Shown here in pieces: positions 51,446-59,974 of a stretch of DNA of 64,000 nt (positions are counted from its first letter, which is position 1; every line of letters begins with the position of its first letter). The position numbers and the translations under genes were made by a program. The stretch lies in NCBI GenBank assembly GCA_964608615.1, contig CAZSQG010000005.1, positions 23,651 through 87,650 of the forward strand, written 5' to 3'. The notes below the pieces were generated by a model. The model made no database searches and was not told where the DNA came from. It saw only the letters and a program-made list of their open reading frames with translations. This stretch comes from an uncultured Marinilabiliaceae bacterium. GTDB lineage: Bacteria > Bacteroidota > Bacteroidia > Bacteroidales > Marinilabiliaceae.

Positions 51446-51826
51446 ATGAACATCATAAATATTAAAGGTACAGATGATACCCCAAACGTTATCCTTGATA
51501 AGGATAAGCAATTATTCGAAATATCAGGAAGGTCTCTTCCCGAAGATGTAAATATGTTTTATGAACAAATTCTGGATTGGATTGATAGTTACTCCGAAGA
51601 TCCAAATGATAGGACAGAGTTCAATTTTAAACTGGAATATTTTAATACCGCCTCCTCAAAAGTTATTCTCGATATTCTTCTTAAATTTGAAGAAATATTG
51701 GAAAAAGGAAAAGATGTGGTAATTAAATGGCATTACCATGAAGACGAAGAAGACATGCTCGAAGCAGGTGAAGAATATGCCGACATTGTTGAAATTCCTT
51801 TCGATTACGTGGTATACAACGACTAG
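51446..51826 (+). CDS. SiaC-like DUF1987 protein (phospho-Thr switch protein)
   Basis: 126 aa showing the DUF1987 pattern: G..DTP.V.LD......EISGRS.PED...FY..IL.W...Y, followed by LEYFNTASSK. The Thr of the FNT motif is residue 68 (codon acc, 51647..51649). Confidence 0.75.
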   Translation: MNIINIKGTDDTPNVILDKDKQLFEISGRSLPEDVNMFYEQILDWIDSYSEDPNDRTEFNFKLEYFNTASSKVILDILLKFEEILEKGKDVVIKWHYHEDEEDMLEAGEEYADIVEIPFDYVVYND

Positions 51827-51851
51827 ACCTGACAGACTTTTCCTTTAAAAA

Positions 51852-54800
51852 ATGAGTGAAGAAATTCTAAAAGCATTAATGCAGTTGTTTGGTTTACTAA
51901 CCAAACAAGATGGAGGTGTTGGATCCAACGAGACAGAATATGTGCGTACGTTTCTTAAGCAACAACTAAATAAAGAAGCTGTTGAAGAATATTTTTCGCT
52001 CTTTTTAACTTACACAACCGAAGAAAATAAAACCAAACCGGGCGATGAAGAAGGTAAGATTCAACTTACCTCCATGAAAGACTCAGTTAGAATTCTGGGT
52101 ATATGCAAAAAAATAAATAAACAGCTTAACAGGGAACAAAAAGTTGTTGTGTTAGTGCGATTATATGAGCTTGTCAGCATGGATATGAAGCTGACCGATC
52201 AACGCATGGCCATCATCAACACTGTTGCCGATGTTTTCAAATTACCTAAGAACGAGATATCTGCAATTGAGGCATTTGTTCTTCAAAATGATATCACAAA
52301 ATTGAACTTCCCTGACATACTGATAGCCAATGACACGGAGATTCAGGATGTACAGTTTAAACATATTAATACAACCGGTCTTCATGGATCAGTTCTGGTT
52401 TTAAATGTAAAAAGTGCCGAACTGTATTTTATGCGTTACAACGGCGACCAGGATGTTTTTTTGAATGGCTTGGTTATCAGTAATAAAAGAATTTATCTGT
52501 TTCCTAATGGGAGCTTTATTAGAATACCTATTGGAAAACCAATATATTATACTGATGTTGTTAGTCGGTTTATGGCCGATTCTGATTCACCAAAAATCAC
52601 TTACGAAGTTAAAAACGTTCATTTTCGTTTTAAAAGTGGAGCAGTAGGTCTGCGCAACATCAATATAGCAGAAGAACAAGGCCGCCTCATTGGAATAATG
52701 GGTGCCTCAGGTGCAGGAAAAACCACCTTGCTCAACGTTCTCTCTGGCATTGAAAAACCAACTGAAGGAGAAGTTCTTATCAATAACTATAATCTCCATG
52801 CCGATAAAGAAGATCTCAACGGAGTTATTGGTTTAATTCCACAAGATGACTTGCTTATTGAAGAACTCACCGTTTTTGAAAATCTTTATTATAACGCAAA
52901 ACTCTGTTTCAGAGATAAAGGGGAAGAAGAATTAATCGGCATGGTTAATGAAACCCTTCAAAATCTTGGCCTTTTTGAAAGACGACATTTAAAAGTTGGA
53001 TCACCTCTTAACAAGATGATTAGTGGAGGCCAGCGTAAAAGATTAAACATAGCACTGGAATTAATTCGTCAGCCATCAGTTTTATTTGTTGATGAGCCAA
53101 CCTCCGGTCTTTCTTCACGCGATTCTGAAAACGTGATGAACCTGCTTAGAGAACTAACACTAAAGGGAAAACTGATCTTTGTGGTTATCCACCAACCATC
53201 TTCCGACATCTATAAGATGTTTGATAAAATGTTTATCCTTGATACTGGCGGCTATCCTGTTTATTATGGAAATCCGGGTGAATCGCTTATTTACTTTAAA
53301 CAACTTGACGCACAAATAAATAGCGATCAGGGTGAATGCCCAACTTGTGGTAATCTGAACCCCGAACAAATATTCAATATCATTGATGCCAATGTTATTG
53401 ATGAATATGGAAATTATACAAACAAAAGAAAAGTAGAAGCAGAAGATTGGTATAAACTCTTTGAAAAAACGCATTCGCTACCCTCTGTTAAAACCGTTGA
53501 AACCTCTCCCCCAAAGAGTTTGAACATCCCATCATGGTTCAATCAGTTTAAAATTTACACCTTACGCGATTTTTTCGCCAAAATTAGTAACACCCAATAT
53601 ATTGCCCTTAACTTATTAGAAGCACCATTTTTGGGTTTTATTCTTGCCTATTTGATCCGTTATATTGCTGATCCAACATCGAATTTTTACATTTTCAGAG
53701 AAAACGAAAACATACCACCTTACATATTTATGGGCATAGTGGTGGCTCTGTTCTTTGGTTTAATAATTAGTGCCGAAGAAATATTTAAAGATTCCAAAAT
53801 ACTGAAAAGAGAGTCATTTCTAAATCTTAGCCGTTCAAGCTATCTGAGTTCCAAGATTCTCCTGCTTTTCACTATTTCAGCCATTCAAATGTTCCTTTTT
53901 GTTTTCGTAGCAAATACAATTCTTGGTATTAAGGACATGTATTTTGAATTCTGGCTCGCATTATTCTCCATTTCAGCTTTTGCCAATATTCTCGGATTAA
54001 TATTATCAGCATCATTTAACAGTATTGTTACCATATATATTCTTATTCCATTGGTAATGATTCCTCAAATGGTATTGGGTGGAGCTATGTTTACATTCGA
54101 TAAACTAAACAAGGACTTTACCAGTGTCGACAAAGTGCCAGCAGTTGCTGAATTCATGCCTTCGCGATACATTTATGAAGGATTGATTGTACATCAGTAC
54201 AAGCACAATAATTTCAAAAAGAATTACTTTGACATCGAGCTTCAGGAAAGTAAAAGCGACTTTAAACAAGTACATTACCTTCCAGAATTACACGATATTT
54301 TAAATGAGTGTTCTTTACATATAATTGATGGCAAACCCACATCAGACAAGACATTTGTCAACGATCTGGAATTAATAAGGAATGAGATTTCGAAAGAATT
54401 AATAAGAGTTCCCGAATTGCAATTTAGTTTAATTGATAAAATCACACCTGAAGAATTTAATTCAGATATTGCCCAAAATATTGACAACTACCTAAACAAC
54501 TTGCTTGTATATTACCGAGGTGTTTTTACTAAAGCAAATAGTTCAAAGGACCGCTTTATAAGTATCAACATCAACCAAGATGCCACACGTTTTAACCGCA
54601 TTAAAGATGAGTACTATAATGAAAGTATTTCATCAATTGTTCGCAAAGAATTTGAGAAAAATAAAATTCTGAGACAAGACAACCATTTAGTACAAATGGC
54701 TGACCCTATTTATCAGATTCCCGAACCTTCAGGTTTCTGGTCGTTTCGTACCCATTTCTTTGCTCCGGTTAAACATTTAGGTGGAAATTTCTTTGAAACA

Positions 54801-54920
54801 TTATGGTTCAATATATTCATGGTATGGATTTTGACTATATCGTTATATATTGTTTTGCATTTTGACCTATTGAAAAAGGGATTAAACCTTATAGAATCAA
54901 TAAAATGGCGAAAAAAGTAA
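51852..54920 (+). CDS. ABCG-type (ABC-2) ATP-binding/permease fusion with ~270-aa N-terminal extension (TerB-like + FHA-like)
   Basis: Walker A is GIMGASGAGKTT, the signature is ISGGQRKRL and Walker B is VLFVDEPTSGL. A C-terminal multi-TM ABC-2 domain is present. The N-terminus (ILKALMQLFGLLTKQDGGVGSNETEYVRTFL) looks TerB-like. Residues around 175-240 (...YNGDQDVFLNGLVISNKRIYLFPNGSFIRI) look like a degenerate FHA domain. Confidence 0.85.
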   Translation: MSEEILKALMQLFGLLTKQDGGVGSNETEYVRTFLKQQLNKEAVEEYFSLFLTYTTEENKTKPGDEEGKIQLTSMKDSVRILGICKKINKQLNREQKVVVLVRLYELVSMDMKLTDQRMAIINTVADVFKLPKNEISAIEAFVLQNDITKLNFPDILIANDTEIQDVQFKHINTTGLHGSVLVLNVKSAELYFMRYNGDQDVFLNGLVISNKRIYLFPNGSFIRIPIGKPIYYTDVVSRFMADSDSPKITYEVKNVHFRFKSGAVGLRNINIAEEQGRLIGIMGASGAGKTTLLNVLSGIEKPTEGEVLINNYNLHADKEDLNGVIGLIPQDDLLIEELTVFENLYYNAKLCFRDKGEEELIGMVNETLQNLGLFERRHLKVGSPLNKMISGGQRKRLNIALELIRQPSVLFVDEPTSGLSSRDSENVMNLLRELTLKGKLIFVVIHQPSSDIYKMFDKMFILDTGGYPVYYGNPGESLIYFKQLDAQINSDQGECPTCGNLNPEQIFNIIDANVIDEYGNYTNKRKVEAEDWYKLFEKTHSLPSVKTVETSPPKSLNIPSWFNQFKIYTLRDFFAKISNTQYIALNLLEAPFLGFILAYLIRYIADPTSNFYIFRENENIPPYIFMGIVVALFFGLIISAEEIFKDSKILKRESFLNLSRSSYLSSKILLLFTISAIQMFLFVFVANTILGIKDMYFEFWLALFSISAFANILGLILSASFNSIVTIYILIPLVMIPQMVLGGAMFTFDKLNKDFTSVDKVPAVAEFMPSRYIYEGLIVHQYKHNNFKKNYFDIELQESKSDFKQVHYLPELHDILNECSLHIIDGKPTSDKTFVNDLELIRNEISKELIRVPELQFSLIDKITPEEFNSDIAQNIDNYLNNLLVYYRGVFTKANSSKDRFISININQDATRFNRIKDEYYNESISSIVRKEFEKNKILRQDNHLVQMADPIYQIPEPSGFWSFRTHFFAPVKHLGGNFFETLWFNIFMVWILTISLYIVLHFDLLKKGLNLIESIKWRKK

Positions 54921-54979
54921 CCTTTTATTTTTCATAATAGTATAAGAGAGAACATTAGAAAACACTTAAACTTTTTGTC

Positions 54980-55897
54980 ATGTTAAAAAAACTATCTTAC
55001 CTATTGCTAATACTAGCCGCAACTCAGTTATTTAACGGCTGTTCGGGCTGCTCAGATAAAAAGTCTAAAGGCAGTGATTCACTTGCATTACCTGATTCGG
55101 TTATCAGCGATACACCATTAAAGCTTTCAGAAGACATTATGAATGAGGTTATTCAAAATATCTCATCGCCCGTTGAGATGGCTAATCTAATAAAATCTTC
55201 TGGTGCTGAATTTTCACAGCGAATCCTTAATAATACTGACAATGTTTCACGATATGAAACTTCATATAAAAGAGCTTTAAACCTAGGTGTATTTAGTGCC
55301 GATCTTGGATACATCAATATTTTCGATAAGAATAACGTTGTTGTTTCATACCTTTTGTCGGTAAAAAATCTTGCCGATGGTATTCGTGTTGGCCAATTCT
55401 TTGATTTCAATGCTCTGCGGCGTATGGCATCCAATTCAACTAACCTTGATTCTTTAATGGATATGTCAGTATCAAGTTTTAATAAGATGGATGCCTATTT
55501 ACGCGATCAAAACCGCAGTAATGTGAGTACTCTTATTGTTACCGGTACCTGGATTGAAGGTTTGTATATCGCTTCAAGCGTTGTAAAAGAAACCAAAAGT
55601 AAAGAATTATCTATTCGCATAGCCGAACAAAAAAATATTATTGATATACTTGAAATAATTCTCAGCAATTATATTAGTGAACCTAATTTTGCAACCCTGG
55701 TTGATGATATTCGTGAGCTTAAGAATGCTTATTCTGATATTAGGATTACAACAGAATTGGGAGAGCCAAAAAGAATTGAAAAAGATGGTATGCTTATTGT
55801 AATTCAGGATGAAATAAGCACAGTACATTATACCGATGAGCAGCTAGCTATGATTATGGATTTGATCGGAAAAATCCGCAATAAAATTGTTGAATAG
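54980..55897 (+). CDS. Lipoprotein of unknown function
   Basis: The lipobox is LFNGC. The remaining ~280 aa appear mostly helical. I recognise no motif. Confidence 0.6.
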   Translation: MLKKLSYLLLILAATQLFNGCSGCSDKKSKGSDSLALPDSVISDTPLKLSEDIMNEVIQNISSPVEMANLIKSSGAEFSQRILNNTDNVSRYETSYKRALNLGVFSADLGYINIFDKNNVVVSYLLSVKNLADGIRVGQFFDFNALRRMASNSTNLDSLMDMSVSSFNKMDAYLRDQNRSNVSTLIVTGTWIEGLYIASSVVKETKSKELSIRIAEQKNIIDILEIILSNYISEPNFATLVDDIRELKNAYSDIRITTELGEPKRIEKDGMLIVIQDEISTVHYTDEQLAMIMDLIGKIRNKIVE

Positions 55898-55951
55898 TTA
55901 TAATTGTTTTAACATCAAAACAATTACAAAAGGAAATATAAACCAATTACT

Positions 55952-56407
55952 ATGAAAAAAATATTGTTAGGCTTAATATTAGTTCTTTCAATAAATTCTT
56001 TCAGCGTTTCGGCACAATGTGATGAATCGCTTAAAAAACAGGCACTGAAAGAGATGGGAGAAAGCCAATACATCAGAGACTTTTCTATTGACCTGAGAAA
56101 AGCAAAAAAGGATTTAAAAACGGGATTTGTGAAGTTTTCTGTTATTCTTAACAGTCGTAATGCATATAAGTTTACCGTTGTTAATAACCCCTCAAACCAA
56201 GAAGAAGTAATAATGCAGCTTTATGATGGTGACAAATTAATGATGAGTAATTTTGAAGGGGGTAAAATGTACAAGGCTACAACATTTATTTGCCGTACTA
56301 CCAAAATATACCATCTCACATTTTCGTTCAAGGGCGGAGAAGAAGGTTGTGCTGAAGCTGTTATTTCTTTAGTAAAACAATATGCTTCGGGTGAAATGGG
56401 ATTTTAG
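55952..56407 (+). CDS. Small secreted protein of unknown function
   Basis: The signal peptide is MKKILLGLILVLSINSFSVSA. The protein is 151 aa with several Cys residues in the mature part. No family is recognised. Confidence 0.55.
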   Translation: MKKILLGLILVLSINSFSVSAQCDESLKKQALKEMGESQYIRDFSIDLRKAKKDLKTGFVKFSVILNSRNAYKFTVVNNPSNQEEVIMQLYDGDKLMMSNFEGGKMYKATTFICRTTKIYHLTFSFKGGEEGCAEAVISLVKQYASGEMGF

Positions 56408-56422
56408 CAAAATGTAAAACCT

Positions 56423-56459
56423 AAAAAAAAGCGCCGGAATTTTCTCTGGCGCTTTTTTT
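56423..56459. terminator. Bidirectional rho-independent terminator
   Basis: The sequence aaaaaaaagcgccggaattttctctggcgctttttt forms a GC stem (agcgcc / ggcgct) flanked by an A-run and a T-run. It lies between convergent genes ending at 56407 (+) and 56533 (-). Confidence 0.75.
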
Positions 56460-56532
56460 ATGAATAAATATTATAGACAATAAAACTAAAACCGACAGTA
56501 CAACAGATTAAAATAGCCTTTTTATATGATAA

Positions 56533-56922
56533 TTACAATTCAGGCCTAGGCTCTTTATCAATTGGAAACCCCTGCTCTACCCATTCTTTGAAGCCCCCTT
56601 CAAGATCATAAACTTTCTTAAAATTATGTTCTTGTAATATTATAGCAACCTGTTTGGTACGTTCTCCTTTTTCGCAATATATAAAAATTGACCTGTCAGT
56701 ACTTATTTCTGATAATATATCTTCAAGAACCGTTTTTTTACCAGCCCAGATAGCGTTAACAATTCGGCTTTCACAATAATCTTCTGAGATTCTTACATCC
56801 AAAAGAATAGGATTATTATCATTCTCCATTTGTATGTAAAAATCGCCCGGAGTAAGATTAATAACGATAATCTTACCTATAAAAAAAACAGATAGTAAAA
56901 CCCTAAGAAAAACCATAATCAA
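56533..56922 (-). CDS. Rhodanese-like domain protein (membrane-anchored)
   Basis: An N-terminal hydrophobic helix is followed by a rhodanese fold with the active-site loop IYCEKGERT. It overlaps hemW by 4 nt. Confidence 0.8.
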   Translation of the reverse strand: MIMVFLRVLLSVFFIGKIIVINLTPGDFYIQMENDNNPILLDVRISEDYCESRIVNAIWAGKKTVLEDILSEISTDRSIFIYCEKGERTKQVAIILQEHNFKKVYDLEGGFKEWVEQGFPIDKEPRPEL

Positions 56923-58040
56923 GTATTTGAAACAATAAAATCTTCGATAATTCCATCAACTTGAAACCAACTTTCTTCACGACATTTTAAATGAGATTCT
57001 TCAATATATAACAATCCCCTTTTACACCATTTATCCGCCAAGGTTAAAAAAAACTTATATAAATCCGCAAATTCAAGCCGGCATCTTTCCATGTCCACAC
57101 CCCAACAAGCTCGTAAACCCAACATTATCATTTCATTATAACGATCAACATTGCTTAATGTTTCCTCTTGATACAATAAATTGAACTGCCCCGAGAGATA
57201 ATGGTTAAGAAAAGCCTTATTCCAAAACCTCTTATTATTTACATAAGAGTGGCTTCCAGGGCCAAAACCAAGGTATGGAACTCCTTTCCAATATGATGAA
57301 TTGTGACGCGAGAAACAACCTGGTTTACTAAAATTTGAAACTTCATAATGATCCATCCCAACTTGATGTAATCCATTACAAAGCAACAAATACTGCTCCA
57401 AACTTTCGGAGTCATTTATTTCTTTCATCTGCCCCATCAACTTCTTTTTATGAAAAGCAGTACCTTTTTCAATTGAAAGATGATAAGCTGATATATGTTG
57501 CACCGGCAGGTTTTTAAAAAAATCAAGATTTTGAAGAAAAGAATCTCGGTTACTCCAGGGTAAGCCATAAATAAAATCCACGCCAATGTTATTGAAACCA
57601 GCCTTAACGGCTCCCTGTATTACCCTAAACCCCTGATTGGCATTATGCCGTCTGCCCATTTTCACTAAGTCAACATCGTTAAAACTTTGAATCCCTATGC
57701 TTAAACGGTTAAAGCCAATATTAATAATTTCATCAAGATAAGATGGATTTAAATCATCAGGATTGCATTCAATAGTTATTTCAGAATCATTGGAAACATT
57801 ATAATGTTTATAAAACAAATCTAAAACTACTTTTAATAATTTAGCACTTAACAACGATGGAGTACCTCCTCCAAAATAAATAGTATTTACTTCAAATGGG
57901 AAATTATGAGAATTAGAGGCGATTTCCTTACTCAAACTATCTACAAACGCAGGAATAGCCTTAAGGTTTGTTGATTTAAAAAAATCACAATAGCCGCATC
58001 TGGAAAAACAAAAAGGAATATGAACATAAAGTCCCGCCAT
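56919..58040 (-). CDS. hemW: Radical SAM heme chaperone HemW (HemN-like, oxygen-independent coproporphyrinogen oxidase family)
   Basis: LYVHIPFCFSRCGYCDF (CxxxCxxC), GGGTPS and the HemN C-terminal domain are present. Confidence 0.85.
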   Translation of the reverse strand: MAGLYVHIPFCFSRCGYCDFFKSTNLKAIPAFVDSLSKEIASNSHNFPFEVNTIYFGGGTPSLLSAKLLKVVLDLFYKHYNVSNDSEITIECNPDDLNPSYLDEIINIGFNRLSIGIQSFNDVDLVKMGRRHNANQGFRVIQGAVKAGFNNIGVDFIYGLPWSNRDSFLQNLDFFKNLPVQHISAYHLSIEKGTAFHKKKLMGQMKEINDSESLEQYLLLCNGLHQVGMDHYEVSNFSKPGCFSRHNSSYWKGVPYLGFGPGSHSYVNNKRFWNKAFLNHYLSGQFNLLYQEETLSNVDRYNEMIMLGLRACWGVDMERCRLEFADLYKFFLTLADKWCKRGLLYIEESHLKCREESWFQVDGIIEDFIVSNT

Positions 58041-58235
58041 AATAAAATTGTTTCACGTGAAACATTAAAAAACAGTGTGTTATATGGGTTTATTAACAAG
58101 TTTTAAACATATATAAACAGGTTTATTAACAATTTAGCCATAAAAATAAGTGTTCTTTGTAAAGGTAACCACTAAATAATTTGGTTTTTACAATAGTACC
58201 AAACATTTGAAAAAACCGTATTTTGCAAAAAAAAA

Positions 58236-58604
58236 ATGATAATAAAACAATACCGAATAACAATATTAAGTTTTATTCTTATTCTCTATTTAAGCTTTAT
58301 GAATGAAGGAGCCATCCCGCATAGTAAAATTTTCCTATTTAGAAGATCCGATCTAGTTATTCACTTTTTAATGTATTCCTTTTTATCGTATATTTTCTTT
58401 TTAGAGAGATATAGAAAAATTAAAACCACATTGTTTCCATGGCTTTATATATCGTTATTTACTATCCTTGGTGCCACTATTGAAATATTACAGCCCGCTT
58501 TAGCCAACAGAAGCTGTGAAATATTTGATTTTATGGCCAATTTCTCAGGTGTTTTGTGGGGTTACTTCTCTTTTGGTCTTACACGTAATTATTTAAAGAG
58601 ATAA
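58236..58604 (+). CDS. VanZ family membrane protein
   Basis: 122 aa with 4 TM helices and the pattern D...H...Y......E..Q........D..AN..G typical of VanZ-like proteins. Confidence 0.65.
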   Translation: MIIKQYRITILSFILILYLSFMNEGAIPHSKIFLFRRSDLVIHFLMYSFLSYIFFLERYRKIKTTLFPWLYISLFTILGATIEILQPALANRSCEIFDFMANFSGVLWGYFSFGLTRNYLKR

Positions 58605-58776
58605 AATAACTTTTTATACTTTTCGTAGTTAAAACTATTGTTTCAATTTTAAAGCAATGCTCCTCCTCTACTTGAAATATTTTATCAAATAGTATTAAGA
58701 TGACTTAAATCGAAAGTCACTTTTTAGTAATCTGTAATAAATTCTTTATTATTTTAATTCATTAAAATATAATAAA

Positions 58777-59217
58777 CTAAAGTAGTCTGATTTTGTTTAT
58801 TCGTGATTCATGTCTTCCTCCATCAAAAGATGTTTCCAAAAACAAATCAACTATTTTCTTTGCCTCCTCCACTGACACAAATCGCGCAGGTAACGAACAA
58901 ACATTGGCATTATTATGAGCCCTTGCAAGCCTTGAAATTTCACTAATCCAACAAAGAGCAGCTCTAATACCCTGATGCTTATTAACGGTCATATTTATAC
59001 CATTTCCACTACCGCAAATAGTAAAACCTATTTCACATTCGCCTTTTTCAACCGAAAAAGCCAATGGATGGGCATAATCAGCATAATCAACACTATCTGT
59101 TGAATCAGTACCAAAATCAATTACTTCAATATTCTTGACCTTAAGATACTCTTTTAGAATAACTTTCAAATCATATCCTGCATGGTCGCAACCAATTGCT
59201 ACTTTTTTAAACAACAT
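58777..59217 (-). CDS. rpiB: Ribose-5-phosphate isomerase B
   Basis: IGCDHAGYDLK, the active-site region CGSGNGI and the 146-aa length fit the family. Confidence 0.9.
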   Translation of the reverse strand: MLFKKVAIGCDHAGYDLKVILKEYLKVKNIEVIDFGTDSTDSVDYADYAHPLAFSVEKGECEIGFTICGSGNGINMTVNKHQGIRAALCWISEISRLARAHNNANVCSLPARFVSVEEAKKIVDLFLETSFDGGRHESRINKIRLL

Positions 59218-59974
59218 TGTTTTGTTTTAAATAGATTAATTATATTATGAATCATTACTGACCGACTGAAATAATAAGATTCTTCGCTTCATTATGAATA
59301 ACAAGCGATATTTAAGTTTGTAGTAAGTGGATATAATTTTCGTTTATACCGCAAACCATAAATATATCATTGTCTTTTCAAACGAAAAGAGAAATCTCAA
59401 AGTAAAATTATTTCTCGGGTCATTAGTAATTATAAATGTTAATAATTCAATTTTGCTCTTCAAATATACTAATTTATAGAATCATGATACACAAACTATA
59501 TTAAGTTGATAATACAATAAATCTAAAACAGTTACATATATATAATTAATATAGAGCTTTTTATATTACATTTTTTGCAAAATTTAAAAACTAAGATATC
59601 CATAATAACTTGTTAATAACATGTGAAAACACCAACAAAACTTTTCAAAAATAAGTGTTGTTTTATTCATAATTTTTCTAATGCATATTAAGAAAATCAT
59701 AAGACAAATTATAAATGGAAATATTATTGATTTTTTTAAACAGCTTTAACCTTAAAATTCACACCTGAAACAAATGAAATTAATAACTTTGATAACTATA
59801 AACATGTTGTGAATAAAGTTCTGTTATTGTTCATTTTCAATTAATAACATCAGTAATAGCTGTTAATACTTTTGTTATAAGTTAATCAATATTTTAATGT
59901 CAAGGGTTTTTGATATTTTTTGTCAACAATTTAAACAGGATATTATAATTACCATATTATTTAAACTCTAATAT

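Noticed and set aside
59218-59974. Possible NAD+ riboswitch or leader RNA upstream of nadA.
   Set aside because: I could not recognise any conserved riboswitch core or a stable terminator/antiterminator pair by eye in this very AT-rich region. It is reported only as a motif observation.
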